DNA from: Acaryochloris thomasi RCC1774 | GTDB taxonomy: Bacteria; Cyanobacteriota; Cyanobacteriia; Thermosynechococcales; Thermosynechococcaceae | NCBI RefSeq assembly: GCF_003231495.1 | Contig: NZ_PQWO01000033.1 | Coordinates: 1-32,000 of the forward strand | Length of the DNA: 32,000 nucleotides | Direction: 5' to 3' | Part shown: positions 1 through 8,532 of the stretch, in pieces | Position numbering within the stretch: the first letter of the stretch is position 1 | How the letters are laid out: every line of letters starts with the position of its first letter | Program-made: the position numbers and the translations under genes | Notes under the pieces: generated by a model | What the model saw: only the letters and a program-made list of their open reading frames with translations | Told to the model about the DNA's origin: nothing | Database searches by the model: none

Positions 1-832
1 AAGCAAAGTGTCCAATGAGCGCGGGGCCATACTCAGCTCTATTCATCCAGCCTTGCAGTCGCCGCCGAATCGCGGTGGCCGACCCCAGCACCAGCAACGC
101 CTGCAGCATCTCGTCCTGGCCGGGTGCGATCGCTTTGGCCGTGTGGTTTCGGTAGAGGGCTGGCTGATCACGGTCGGCTAGCCACTGGGCAGCAGCAGTA
201 TTGGCCGCAATCATAAATTCTTCGATTATTCTGTGGGAATGGTATTTCGCATTGGGATTGGAGGAGAGTTTGCCTTCTTCATTGATGTATATGTTTTTAC
301 CGAAAGCTGATGCTCCAATAGCCCCTGTTGCCATCCGCTGCTGGTTTAACTTGGCGGCCCACTGCTGGCAGAGCTTTAGCGTATTGTGCCAGCGGAGTTT
401 GGGGCTTGCAATGGCGTAGTCGGCTTCAGCGTAGGCAAAGCGTTTGGCGCTACTCAGGCAGGACTCGAAAATCTTGCAGTTGCTGACTGAGCCGTCATTG
501 GCTAGCTTTAGCTCAAACGTCAGTGTGGCTCTCGACTGTCCCTCTTGTAGGCTCAGTGTTGACTCACTCAAAATCCTCGGCAGCATGGGGCTGTTGCCCT
601 GCCGGTGGTATCGCGTCTGGGTGGTTGCGATCGCGCTGTAGTCGAGGGGGGAGTTAAGAGGGATGTGCTCGGATACATCTGAGATATGGACTTGGATGGT
701 TGCGCCTGTGTTGGTTTCTTCGCACCAGATCGCATCGTCGAGGTCGAGAGAGGTGGGGCCGTCGATGGTGATGCCTCGGACTTGGATGCGATCGTATGGG
801 AGAGGGTGGGTTGCGATCGATTTGAAAGTCAT
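1..832 (-). CDS. RNB-domain 3'-5' exoribonuclease (RNase II/R family), N-terminal ~277 codons; the C-terminus lies beyond the window start
   Basis: Absent from the supplied ORF track because it runs off the edge. My own minus-strand translation from the ATG at 832..830 stays open to position 1: MTFKSIATHPLPYDRIQVRGITIDGPTSLDLDDAIWCEETNTGATIQVHISDVSEHI...NSPMLPRILSESTLSLQEGQSRATLTFEL...HSHRIIEEFMIAANTAAAQWL...PALYRNH...LIGHFA. These match RNB catalytic motifs (DxDDA, hIsDVs, MLP..Ls..lSL, EEfMi.AN, YR.H, H..L). Confidence 0.8.
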   Translation of the reverse strand, partial: MTFKSIATHPLPYDRIQVRGITIDGPTSLDLDDAIWCEETNTGATIQVHISDVSEHIPLNSPLDYSAIATTQTRYHRQGNSPMLPRILSESTLSLQEGQSRATLTFELKLANDGSVSNCKIFESCLSSAKRFAYAEADYAIASPKLRWHNTLKLCQQWAAKLNQQRMATGAIGASAFGKNIYINEEGKLSSNPNAKYHSHRIIEEFMIAANTAAAQWLADRDQPALYRNHTAKAIAPGQDEMLQALLVLGSATAIRRRLQGWMNRAEYGPALIGHFA

Positions 833-927
833 GGAAAAATTGAAGGGCACCAAATTAATTTTTCTTTGTAGGTAATCCTGTATCTTAAAGGAGGGAATTT
901 GTCTATTATCCTGCCTACCAAATTTGT

Positions 928-1830
928 ATGCTGAGAATTCTTTTCATTGTTGGCTTGATCGCTTATCTCCCTATCCCTACTGCTACAGCCCAGTCTACTC
1001 CTGCAAAGAGAACTGAGAAGAGTTGTCAACCAATTGGGAGAATCGTTGGCCCTAAATCACAAAAAGTCTGTTATGGATTATCCGCAAACTTTGTAGGTAA
1101 CTTACAAATGCTTTGCTATTCGACTTTGGAACTGATTCCTATCGTCGGTGGCAAGATTCAAAAACGGTGTCTCCCGGTTAAGGAGAGGCAGGCGGTAAGG
1201 CGAACTAGGAGTGGGGGAGGCGATTCAGTCAATCTCATTGAACCTTATGGTTCAGCTCTGATAGAGAATCGACCAACTATAACATGGGAATATGTAGCAG
1301 GTGCTGCTGCTTATCGAGTCAAAGTCGAGGAAGCAGGCTCTAACTTTTTTTGGGCCAGAACTGTTGAAGATACTACCCTGAGTTATCCCTCAGATATAGC
1401 TCCTTTGCGTCCAGGAGGAGTGTACACGATTTTGGTAGAACCTCAGGGAGTTGAGTTTTCTACTTTGGCATCGAAAACAGTTGTTTCTTTAGGTGAGGCA
1501 CAGAGGCAAAAGATTGACAAAGCTTTAGTTACGTTAAAGTCAAATGGAGTTAGTGCAGATGAGCAAGCGCTTGATTTAGAACAGGTCTATCGTAGTCAGG
1601 GTCTCATTCAAAAATCGATCGGCGTCTTGCTAAACAGGATTCATTCAGGAACGCTAAACTCAGAAATCTATCTAATCTTAGGCGATCGCTACCGGGAAGA
1701 GGGCTTTCGAGAACTGGCTAAAGCCCAGTACCAAAAGACTATAGAAATTTCAACTAAACAGAACCAGCCTATTTTGCGATCCAAAGCAGAGAAAGCACTT
1801 CTCAAACTAGAAGCGTTTGCTACACCTTGA
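928..1830 (+). CDS. Secreted DUF928-like protein with a C-terminal TPR-like helix pair
   Basis: 300-aa ORF with signal peptide MLRILFIVGLIAYLPIPTATAQS. An RSGGG motif is followed by LIEPYG..ENRPTITWEYV..LRPGGVYTILV, which resembles my remembered DUF928 core (..RPTF.WY.P.., L..G..Y.W). The C-terminus LGDRYREEGFRELAKAQYQKTIEI is TPR-like. It sits beside CHAT and TPS genes, the usual cyanobacterial DUF928 context. Confidence 0.5.
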   Translation: MLRILFIVGLIAYLPIPTATAQSTPAKRTEKSCQPIGRIVGPKSQKVCYGLSANFVGNLQMLCYSTLELIPIVGGKIQKRCLPVKERQAVRRTRSGGGDSVNLIEPYGSALIENRPTITWEYVAGAAAYRVKVEEAGSNFFWARTVEDTTLSYPSDIAPLRPGGVYTILVEPQGVEFSTLASKTVVSLGEAQRQKIDKALVTLKSNGVSADEQALDLEQVYRSQGLIQKSIGVLLNRIHSGTLNSEIYLILGDRYREEGFRELAKAQYQKTIEISTKQNQPILRSKAEKALLKLEAFATP

Positions 1831-1834
1831 GTAA

Positions 1835-4309
1835 TTAGGAGCTTCCTAAAAGTAAAAACGGTGCCCAAAAGTAGGGATGGCTATAATGTTCGGAATTCTT
1901 GAGCATTAGCTGTGCCTTCTGAAGCGCTTCAGCATAGGATGCCCCGCTTGCAACGTGCCTATAGAACTCACCCGCAAGTACGCTTGTCGATTCTGATTCT
2001 ACGCGCCACAGGGATGCGATCGCATTTTTCGCTCCTGCTTGGGTTGCCAAACCTGCCAGACCTAACTGTGAGCGGCTATCTCCTTTAGCTGTTTCACAAG
2101 CACTTAGAAAGAGCAGATCTAGACCTGAAGAAGAATCTGTAACACCGCTGCGAATCAGGCGATCAAACTCGCCTACACGCAGACGGTCTTCCCAAGATAG
2201 TAGGTAGGTTTCGGCGGGATTACTTGAGAACTTCCCGTGGGTGGCAATATGCAAAATGGAATATTTCGGTAACTTCTGCTGAAGATTTTCCGCTGTAAAA
2301 GATTTATCCATTAGCTTTGAGGTACGCGAGTCCCCTAAAGCAGCGGAAATAGCTAATTCTTCTTGACCAACTTCAGGTAAGGAGGGAAGGTCTAAAGACC
2401 TTGCGGCGGGGCTGGTATCAGCTACTCCGGCAACCAACGTCTTTAATGTTGCTCTACCAGATTGAGATACTGCTTGAGACCCCAGGCTGTTTGAGATCTT
2501 GTACTTCTCAAGAAGGTAGCTGGTCCCGTCATGCAGGAGTCCTACTGAAGCACCATTTATCACTCCGTCTTCAACAATTATTAAGCGGTTGTCAGCTCCG
2601 ATCAGATGCTCACCGGGTTCGATTAGTGCTTTATATAGCACTTTAGCGTAGGGTAAGAAAGCCTCTGAGTCCATTTGTGAGAGATTTGTGCTTTGCAAGA
2701 TTCGCTGCAGTCGTGCTGCGTTTAACTCCACAATCTGCCTATCGGCTGTATAGCTGTGAAGTGTACCGTTATGCCGAACCACTACACCCACTTTGTCCCC
2801 TAGGCTAAGAAAGTTGAAAACAGTGGGCAGGTTGGGTTGTGCTTCAAGCGCTTCAAAGGCAAGCTTGCCACACTGCAAATAGTTTTCTAGGGTCACGACC
2901 TGTAGCGTTCGAGATACGTTAAGTGCTTTCTCGAAGTCAGGCTCGGGGGAGGTGACCAGCATCTGTAAATATTCTTCGTAAACAGGCTCCACATCTTCAT
3001 GAAACGTTTGTTGTAGGCTGTGGTTGATGCTTAGTAGATTTCCGCGCACTTCCTCAAGGGCTGCAATTGCATTTTCATAAGACTTCAAGGCATCCTCTCG
3101 ATTGCCATGCTTTCGCTGAAGTTTAGCTAGCTCCCAAGCTGATTGGTACACTGCATCCGAGGCAAATGTAGAGATTCCGATATTCTGAGCACGCCGAAAA
3201 GCACCTTGAGCGTGCTGATCTTGACCGCTATAGGCATAGAATTTCCCAATCAAAATTAGTGATAGGGCTTCGGCTCGACTGTTCTCAATCTGTTTCGCTT
3301 CGGCGTGGCTTTTTTTTGCTAGCTGGAAGGCAGCAGTTAGTGGCTCAGTCTCCAGCCCTTCAGGGAGTGCTTGGTATTTGTGGAGCCTTAGCAGGTTATC
3401 AGCTATTTTGAGGCGACCGTAAATCGCTTCAATAGGAGTGAAGAATTCAGGGTCAAACTGTGCGATCTCAAGTTCTGTAACGACATCTCCCACAAAGGGT
3501 TGAACTTTCTGCTCAAGAGCAACGAGTTCAGTTTGTTTCCCATCAACAACAATCCATCCTTGGAGCTGCTGATAGAACTGCAGCCAGTTGAGTTTAGCGT
3601 TTACTGATAGCTTTTTTGGTCCGTCGAACAGAGACTGGAGTTCTGAAAATGTAAGCTCACCCGCTGCTAAGCTCTGCTTCAATAATCCAGATTTGATCGC
3701 CGGTTCTGAAGTTAACCGATAGCGATCCTGGATCATGCTCCAGTTCGCATGATGGATGTTTGCCAAGCTGAGCTTTAGATCGCCAACAATTGATGAATCT
3801 AGTTTCCTAGAACGCCTCATAGCATACTCAAGCAGTTGCTCACCTTGATCCAGCATTGACATATTTCGGCTGACAATACCGAGATTCTGCAGTGCTGCTA
3901 CGACAACTGGAGTGGCAGGCAGCTTGTCTAGCTTTAAGAATAATTCTTCTTTGTTTATCTCTTCGGGGCGATCTCGACAGATACTGGCTTCTATATCCAA
4001 TGCAATGATAAGACTCCAGCAGGCATTGAAATTCTTGCCGAGCATCTGCTGGGCAATAGATTGATTTACTAAGGTGCCCATCACACCTTCGTCATTACCC
4101 ATTTTTCTATATAAGAGATTGGCTTTCTCCCACGTTTGAAAGGCTTTTGAGGGAACACCCTGGTCTAAGTAGCGATGTCCTTCTTGTACCAGACGGTCAG
4201 CATGTCCCTCCATTTTTGGTTTGGATAGAGCAGCGTTCTGAATACTTACAAGTAGCAGCGTACAAAGAAGAAGGTTACGACCTATACGTCTAGCTAAAGC
4301 GGATTCCAT
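1835..4309 (-). CDS. CHAT-domain (caspase-like protease) protein with N-terminal signal-like segment and TPR-like repeats
   Basis: C-terminal CHAT His/Cys dyad context: ILHIATHGKF ... LLFLSACETAKGD. The long helical N-terminal region is TPR-like (GHRYLDQGVPSKAFQTWEKA, LIGKFYAYSGQDQHAQGAFRRAQ). The ORF is open to 4384. I prefer the ATG at 4309 (MESALARRIGRNLLLCTLLLVSIQNAALS, signal-like), which overlaps the upstream TpsB stop by 16 nt. Confidence 0.85.
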   Translation of the reverse strand: MESALARRIGRNLLLCTLLLVSIQNAALSKPKMEGHADRLVQEGHRYLDQGVPSKAFQTWEKANLLYRKMGNDEGVMGTLVNQSIAQQMLGKNFNACWSLIIALDIEASICRDRPEEINKEELFLKLDKLPATPVVVAALQNLGIVSRNMSMLDQGEQLLEYAMRRSRKLDSSIVGDLKLSLANIHHANWSMIQDRYRLTSEPAIKSGLLKQSLAAGELTFSELQSLFDGPKKLSVNAKLNWLQFYQQLQGWIVVDGKQTELVALEQKVQPFVGDVVTELEIAQFDPEFFTPIEAIYGRLKIADNLLRLHKYQALPEGLETEPLTAAFQLAKKSHAEAKQIENSRAEALSLILIGKFYAYSGQDQHAQGAFRRAQNIGISTFASDAVYQSAWELAKLQRKHGNREDALKSYENAIAALEEVRGNLLSINHSLQQTFHEDVEPVYEEYLQMLVTSPEPDFEKALNVSRTLQVVTLENYLQCGKLAFEALEAQPNLPTVFNFLSLGDKVGVVVRHNGTLHSYTADRQIVELNAARLQRILQSTNLSQMDSEAFLPYAKVLYKALIEPGEHLIGADNRLIIVEDGVINGASVGLLHDGTSYLLEKYKISNSLGSQAVSQSGRATLKTLVAGVADTSPAARSLDLPSLPEVGQEELAISAALGDSRTSKLMDKSFTAENLQQKLPKYSILHIATHGKFSSNPAETYLLSWEDRLRVGEFDRLIRSGVTDSSSGLDLLFLSACETAKGDSRSQLGLAGLATQAGAKNAIASLWRVESESTSVLAGEFYRHVASGASYAEALQKAQLMLKNSEHYSHPYFWAPFLLLGSS

Positions 4310-6003
4310 ATAATTGATAAGTGAATACCTTCCTCTTGCAGAGTACCGCGATTTTCGGGGCGATTGATGAGAGGAATACCCCATTCAGCAGTCGCTTTTA
4401 GACGATCGTTAAGTTGATAACTCAGACCTATACCAACAGATGCTAAGGTTCCAGGGGTAGGAATTACAGATTCAGAATTATCAAAACCTGTGCCCACATC
4501 GAAAAAAGGATAGAGAGTAAATCTACCGACCTTGCCAGAATAGACTGGTATGTCTAATTCAAGTGAGGCGAGGAAACCATTATCAGATAAGACAGAGTTT
4601 TGCCGAAATCCTCGAACTGTTGTTGGGCCACCAAATGCAAACTGTTCTGACGCTAGTAGAGCACGATCTGAAAACTGCAGATTTGCCCTAGCATTAAACG
4701 TAAGATTATGAGGGAGTTTTCTAGACCATCTAGCTCCAGCCTCCCACTTAAAGAACTGTCCATCTGGAGAAGACTGATTATCAGTTGACGCAACATCTAC
4801 ACCTAAGCTGAATTGTGACCTGAGGCCAAACGAAGATGTGTTCTGGCGTTTGGACCATTCCTGAAAGAAACGTATGGCCGTGATCCGAGTACGTCCGTCA
4901 TCTTCAGACCCTTCCGAGATCGGGAATGGGATCACAGGAGAGGTGAGGCTGCTGTTTTCATGGCTGAGACTTGCGCCAAGGGCCACTTCTTCGATTTTGT
5001 TATCAGTTGTCCGCCGCAAGATAGGCTGACGGTAAGTTAGCTGTACGAAGTCAGACCGTCCTTCGATATCAAGCTGCTCGAAAGGCTCTTCAATAATGGA
5101 ACTGGTGACAAATTGGTAAAACACATCTACCGTACCGTCTAGACGGTTAATAGGGAGAGAGTAGCCAACTCCTATAGCATCGCTTCCGTTTGTGTTTCGA
5201 TAGCCCAAGAAGAGAGCATCTCCCAAACCAAGAACATTCAGATGCTGAAACTGAACTTGCCTCTCGAATGAACTGACAGAAGGCGATCTGTTGTTGCTAA
5301 GTCCAACTGATACATTGATTGGGTTATTCAGCCTCGCATCGACATTGAGCGTTGATGCGCCGTACTCGCTACCTTCAGAAAATGTGACGCTAATTGTGTC
5401 GATCCTTGGATCGTTGAGCAAAAATCTCAACGACTTTTGAAGCTGTTGCTCCTGCACAACGCCCTTTACATCTGCTTTGAGCCGTCTTTTGATATAAGTC
5501 GATAGACGTGAGGATTTGACGTTTATCTTTTCTAAACGACCTTCAGCTATTGTGACGGCGACTGTTGCTCCTTCAAGATTGAGTTCTGCATTGTCTGACA
5601 ACCTCAAGTAGGCAAATGTCGTAATGTATCCGTTCTCGGCATACAGTTCGCCGATCGCTGATTCTACTGCGCGCAGATCGTTGTTTGAAAGAGGCTTATT
5701 TCTAAATGGCTCTAAAACAGCTTGAACTTCTTCCTCAGCAATCACTGAGTTTCCTCGGACAACAAACTTATCAATAGTGAGCGTGAAGGGAATCGTAAGC
5801 TGGTTCTCTGGAAACTCTGGTGGAACGACTTGAATAGGGACATCCGGTACAACTTCAAATTCTGGAATTTGGCGATCTTGTGGTTGCTCTGGGGGTCTAA
5901 TATCCGGGATTTGAGGAGCTTCTTGAGCAACAGAGCAAAGAGGAACACACAAAACCACCGAAACAGAGACAAATAACGGCCCAAATGTTGATTTTGCTGA
6001 CAT
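4294..6003 (-). CDS. ShlB/FhaC/HecB-family TpsB outer-membrane transporter (POTRA + beta-barrel)
   Basis: 569 aa with signal peptide MSAKSTFGPLFVSVSVVLCVPLCSVAQE. POTRA-like segment: VRGNSVIAEEEVQAVLEPFRNKPLSNNDLRAVESAIGELYAENGYITTFAYL. A long region of alternating beta-strand pattern runs to the C-terminus (YSGKVGRFTLYPFFDVGTGF...GIGLSYQL...ATAEWGIPL). It lies directly downstream of a TPS-domain gene. Confidence 0.8.
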   Translation of the reverse strand: MSAKSTFGPLFVSVSVVLCVPLCSVAQEAPQIPDIRPPEQPQDRQIPEFEVVPDVPIQVVPPEFPENQLTIPFTLTIDKFVVRGNSVIAEEEVQAVLEPFRNKPLSNNDLRAVESAIGELYAENGYITTFAYLRLSDNAELNLEGATVAVTIAEGRLEKINVKSSRLSTYIKRRLKADVKGVVQEQQLQKSLRFLLNDPRIDTISVTFSEGSEYGASTLNVDARLNNPINVSVGLSNNRSPSVSSFERQVQFQHLNVLGLGDALFLGYRNTNGSDAIGVGYSLPINRLDGTVDVFYQFVTSSIIEEPFEQLDIEGRSDFVQLTYRQPILRRTTDNKIEEVALGASLSHENSSLTSPVIPFPISEGSEDDGRTRITAIRFFQEWSKRQNTSSFGLRSQFSLGVDVASTDNQSSPDGQFFKWEAGARWSRKLPHNLTFNARANLQFSDRALLASEQFAFGGPTTVRGFRQNSVLSDNGFLASLELDIPVYSGKVGRFTLYPFFDVGTGFDNSESVIPTPGTLASVGIGLSYQLNDRLKATAEWGIPLINRPENRGTLQEEGIHLSIIWNPL

Positions 6004-6016
6004 TGAAGCACACTAG

Positions 6017-8530
6017 TCATGACGTTATTGGATTTTTGAGGCAAGCTGTACGAGCAGCTTGGAACTGAATAGCCTCATTTGGATCTGACACCAATCGGAC
6101 TGTTTTGCCATCTGGGTTGAGCTTCCAGCCCACAAAGCGTTTGAATTCTTCCTTCTCACCCGTCACTGGATCTGTGATCATTAAAGGCTTATCGGCTGGT
6201 TTTCCTTGTTCGTAGAATTTTAGCCTGCTGTCAGTATAGTCCGTACTGGCGACTGGTAAGCCAGCCGAACCAGCCATAGTCAACTCACTTTCTTCACCCG
6301 TTCTATTGCAGACTACTGCAATCTTCGGAACATCTGGAGGGAGTTCCACATCTGTAGCGGCCCTCAGTAGATCAACGTTGGGTGTGGTTATAGACACAAT
6401 ACCGTTGAAGGGTGCCCCAAGCTGAGAAGAAGCTGAGATGATTGATGAGGGAGTTTTGAAGATAACATCAGAATCAATAATGATGCTTCCACCACTGGCT
6501 TGTTCGGCATCAGCCGAAATAAAACTGTCTTCAATAATGAGAATATCGGAATTCAGGAATATATTACCACCAGCTCCAAAACCTGAAGCAGTCGAAGATA
6601 TCTGACTTGCACCACTAAGCTGAGTTAATTCAGCATTGACATTTATGTTACCTCCTCTTCCAGAAGCGGCTATAGCAGCAATGGATGATTGTTGCTCCAA
6701 GTTAATAGATGAAGCCTGTACAAATATTTCACCCCCTACACCTGTGCCTTCATTTGTTACCGCTATGGAACCTCCATCAAATACTTTTAAGGAGTTTGTT
6801 TCGAGTGATACGGTTCCAGCGTCTCCAACTGGTACTGGAGGCAGAGCAAAGAAATCTTGAAGAAAAGGATTAAAGCGTTCAATTGCAGCATTGATTGTAC
6901 TGCTGGAATTTATTCCTCCTTCAGAGCCAGAAACCTCTCCTCCAATTTCGATGGAATCGGTTGCTAAGACAAATATAGATCCGCTATTGCCAACGGAGCC
7001 AGGGACTGAAGTGATGCGTCCACCATCAATTAACTGTAGCGTTTCAGTATTTAATTCTACATCCCCTAAATTACCGCTAGCAGCAGAAAATCCACCTATG
7101 CTACTGCCAACAACGGTATTCGTCTCTGGATCAATAATTAATCCACCTGAGACAACAACGTTCTCTGCATTAATAGTAATATCTCCTCCTCTAGAAGCAC
7201 TCGCTACTTGAGTTGCAATGTTGCCTCCTCCTAAGACTTTTAGATCACTGGTACTAATATCAATATCACCACCCAAGCCACCAACCGTAGCAGCGATGAT
7301 TGCGCTTGGTGTAAAGCCGTTACCAAGAATATCTGGAAATATTTCTGTTGTGGAAACTTCGATACTATCTTCGACATCAATCCCAATGCTTCCGCCTTCT
7401 CCAGGACCGAATGTAACAGATGAAATAACACCAGCATTCTCAATATCTATACTCTTTGCACTTATATTTATATCAGGGCCACTTCCTGTAGAAAAGCCAA
7501 CAGAAACTACCCCGCCAAAAATATAAAAATCTTCATTGACAAAACGCAGTAAATTTAGAGGATTTTCAATATTGCTAATTGAAAATGAATTTTGAGCATT
7601 TAGAGAAATACTACTGGTACTATTCTCTCCAATATTTCCACTGATAACTAAGGAGTTGTCAGAAATGTTTATATCTTTTGCAGATATAGATATACTTTGG
7701 TCTGCTATGCCTGTAGCATCAATAAGGGAGGTATTTCTAAAAGAAGCATCACCGAAAGACTGAACGTTGCTAAAGTCAAAACCCTCAAATCCTTGTCCAT
7801 TTAGGCCGATAATTCCATCTTTTACACTGGCGATGTTTATATTTCCAGAAGGAGCTGTAAGTACTCCAGCGTCAAATAAAACATTGCCACCTAAAAGAGA
7901 TATCGATTGTCCATCCGAAGAACGAAGGCCTGTATTGCTCTCACCCAAACCTATAGGTGCATTAATCATCGGTACAGTTCTTAAATCATGACCATCGCTA
8001 CGAACTTCAATATCACTTGCATTTCTAAATGATAGGCTAATTGGATTTTGAACACTGAGTTTTCCAATTTCCACTGAACCTAAACTATTAAAAGACAAAC
8101 CATTTGGAAAATCTATTCTATCTGAAGTAGAGGCAAGAAAAGATCCACCTATATCTATTGATGCTCCGCGCCCAAATACTACACCATTTGAGTTTAAAAA
8201 ATACAAATTTGCACTTCCTGAAGACCCTAGCAAGCCATTTATTTGAGAAATATTTACACCAGTTACACGACTGAAAATATTATTAACTTCAGGACTAGTT
8301 TGAAACCTTGCTGTTTGACCATTCGGTATGCTGAAGCTTTCAAAGCTGTGAAATACATTCTTGTCCTGCCGTGTACCTTGAGTTATCGTTGAAGTATTGC
8401 CATTCACATTGACTACCGATTTCGTAGGCAAACTTCTGTCAGGAACGATTTGGGCATTTACGGTATTGCCCGTACTGAGAAGAAAGCCGTACATCAAAGC
8501 CACTAAGCTCAATTGCTTTAACATAGACAT
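6017..8530 (-). CDS. Filamentous-haemagglutinin N-terminal (TPS) domain protein, TpsA-like beta-helix exoprotein
   Basis: Signal peptide MSMLKQLSLVALMYGFLLSTGNTVNAQ. TPS domain: NVFHSFESFSIPNGQTARF..NIFSRVTG..SQINGLL..ANLYFLNSNGVVFGRGASIDIGGSFLASTS. At least 7 degenerate GGxIxI rungs are present (GGDIDIST, GGDITINA, GEGGSIGID, GGEIFVQA, GGNINVNA, GGNIFLNS, GGSIIIDS). The ORF is open to a TTG at 8545. The ATG at 8530 gives a canonical signal peptide and lies 2 nt after the P450 stop. Confidence 0.8.
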   Translation of the reverse strand: MSMLKQLSLVALMYGFLLSTGNTVNAQIVPDRSLPTKSVVNVNGNTSTITQGTRQDKNVFHSFESFSIPNGQTARFQTSPEVNNIFSRVTGVNISQINGLLGSSGSANLYFLNSNGVVFGRGASIDIGGSFLASTSDRIDFPNGLSFNSLGSVEIGKLSVQNPISLSFRNASDIEVRSDGHDLRTVPMINAPIGLGESNTGLRSSDGQSISLLGGNVLFDAGVLTAPSGNINIASVKDGIIGLNGQGFEGFDFSNVQSFGDASFRNTSLIDATGIADQSISISAKDINISDNSLVISGNIGENSTSSISLNAQNSFSISNIENPLNLLRFVNEDFYIFGGVVSVGFSTGSGPDINISAKSIDIENAGVISSVTFGPGEGGSIGIDVEDSIEVSTTEIFPDILGNGFTPSAIIAATVGGLGGDIDISTSDLKVLGGGNIATQVASASRGGDITINAENVVVSGGLIIDPETNTVVGSSIGGFSAASGNLGDVELNTETLQLIDGGRITSVPGSVGNSGSIFVLATDSIEIGGEVSGSEGGINSSSTINAAIERFNPFLQDFFALPPVPVGDAGTVSLETNSLKVFDGGSIAVTNEGTGVGGEIFVQASSINLEQQSSIAAIAASGRGGNINVNAELTQLSGASQISSTASGFGAGGNIFLNSDILIIEDSFISADAEQASGGSIIIDSDVIFKTPSSIISASSQLGAPFNGIVSITTPNVDLLRAATDVELPPDVPKIAVVCNRTGEESELTMAGSAGLPVASTDYTDSRLKFYEQGKPADKPLMITDPVTGEKEEFKRFVGWKLNPDGKTVRLVSDPNEAIQFQAARTACLKNPITS

Positions 8531-8532
8531 AT

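Noticed and set aside
201-875. Four small plus-strand ORFs (201..419, 444..641, 663..875, 686..871).
   Set aside because: They lie antisense to or within the RNB exoribonuclease gene, which has clear catalytic motifs on the minus strand. They have no motifs or SD sequences of their own.
2585-2600. GGGTTCGATTAG, which superficially resembles a tRNA T-arm.
   Set aside because: It lies inside the CHAT coding frame and has no flanking acceptor or anticodon stem complementarity.
3310-3317. T8 homopolymer (A8 on the coding strand, encoding AKKS) within the CHAT gene, considered as a slippage or phase-variation site.
   Set aside because: It is not at a domain junction. One or two such tracts are expected by chance in 32 kb. 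It serves mainly as a control that weakens the other A8 hypotheses.
4310-4384. N-terminal 25-codon extension of the CHAT ORF (MGYSSHQSPRKSRYSARGRYSLINY).
   Set aside because: It overlaps the end of the TpsB gene by 91 nt. The internal ATG at 4309 gives a signal-like N-terminus and a short 16-nt overlap, which is more plausible.
5742-6044. 100-aa minus-strand ORF overlapping the TpsB start and the TpsA/TpsB gap.
   Set aside because: It is an alternative frame of the TpsB 5' end with no recognisable features. The TpsB frame has a proper signal peptide.
6636-7991. A run of Pro-rich plus-strand ORFs (6636..6860, 6891..7211, 7218..7526, 7767..7991) plus a minus-strand ORF at 7240..7443.
   Set aside because: They are mirror-image artefacts of the Gly/Ser/Ile-rich beta-helix repeats of the TpsA-like gene (GGN read antisense as NCC gives Pro). 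No independent coding signal is present.
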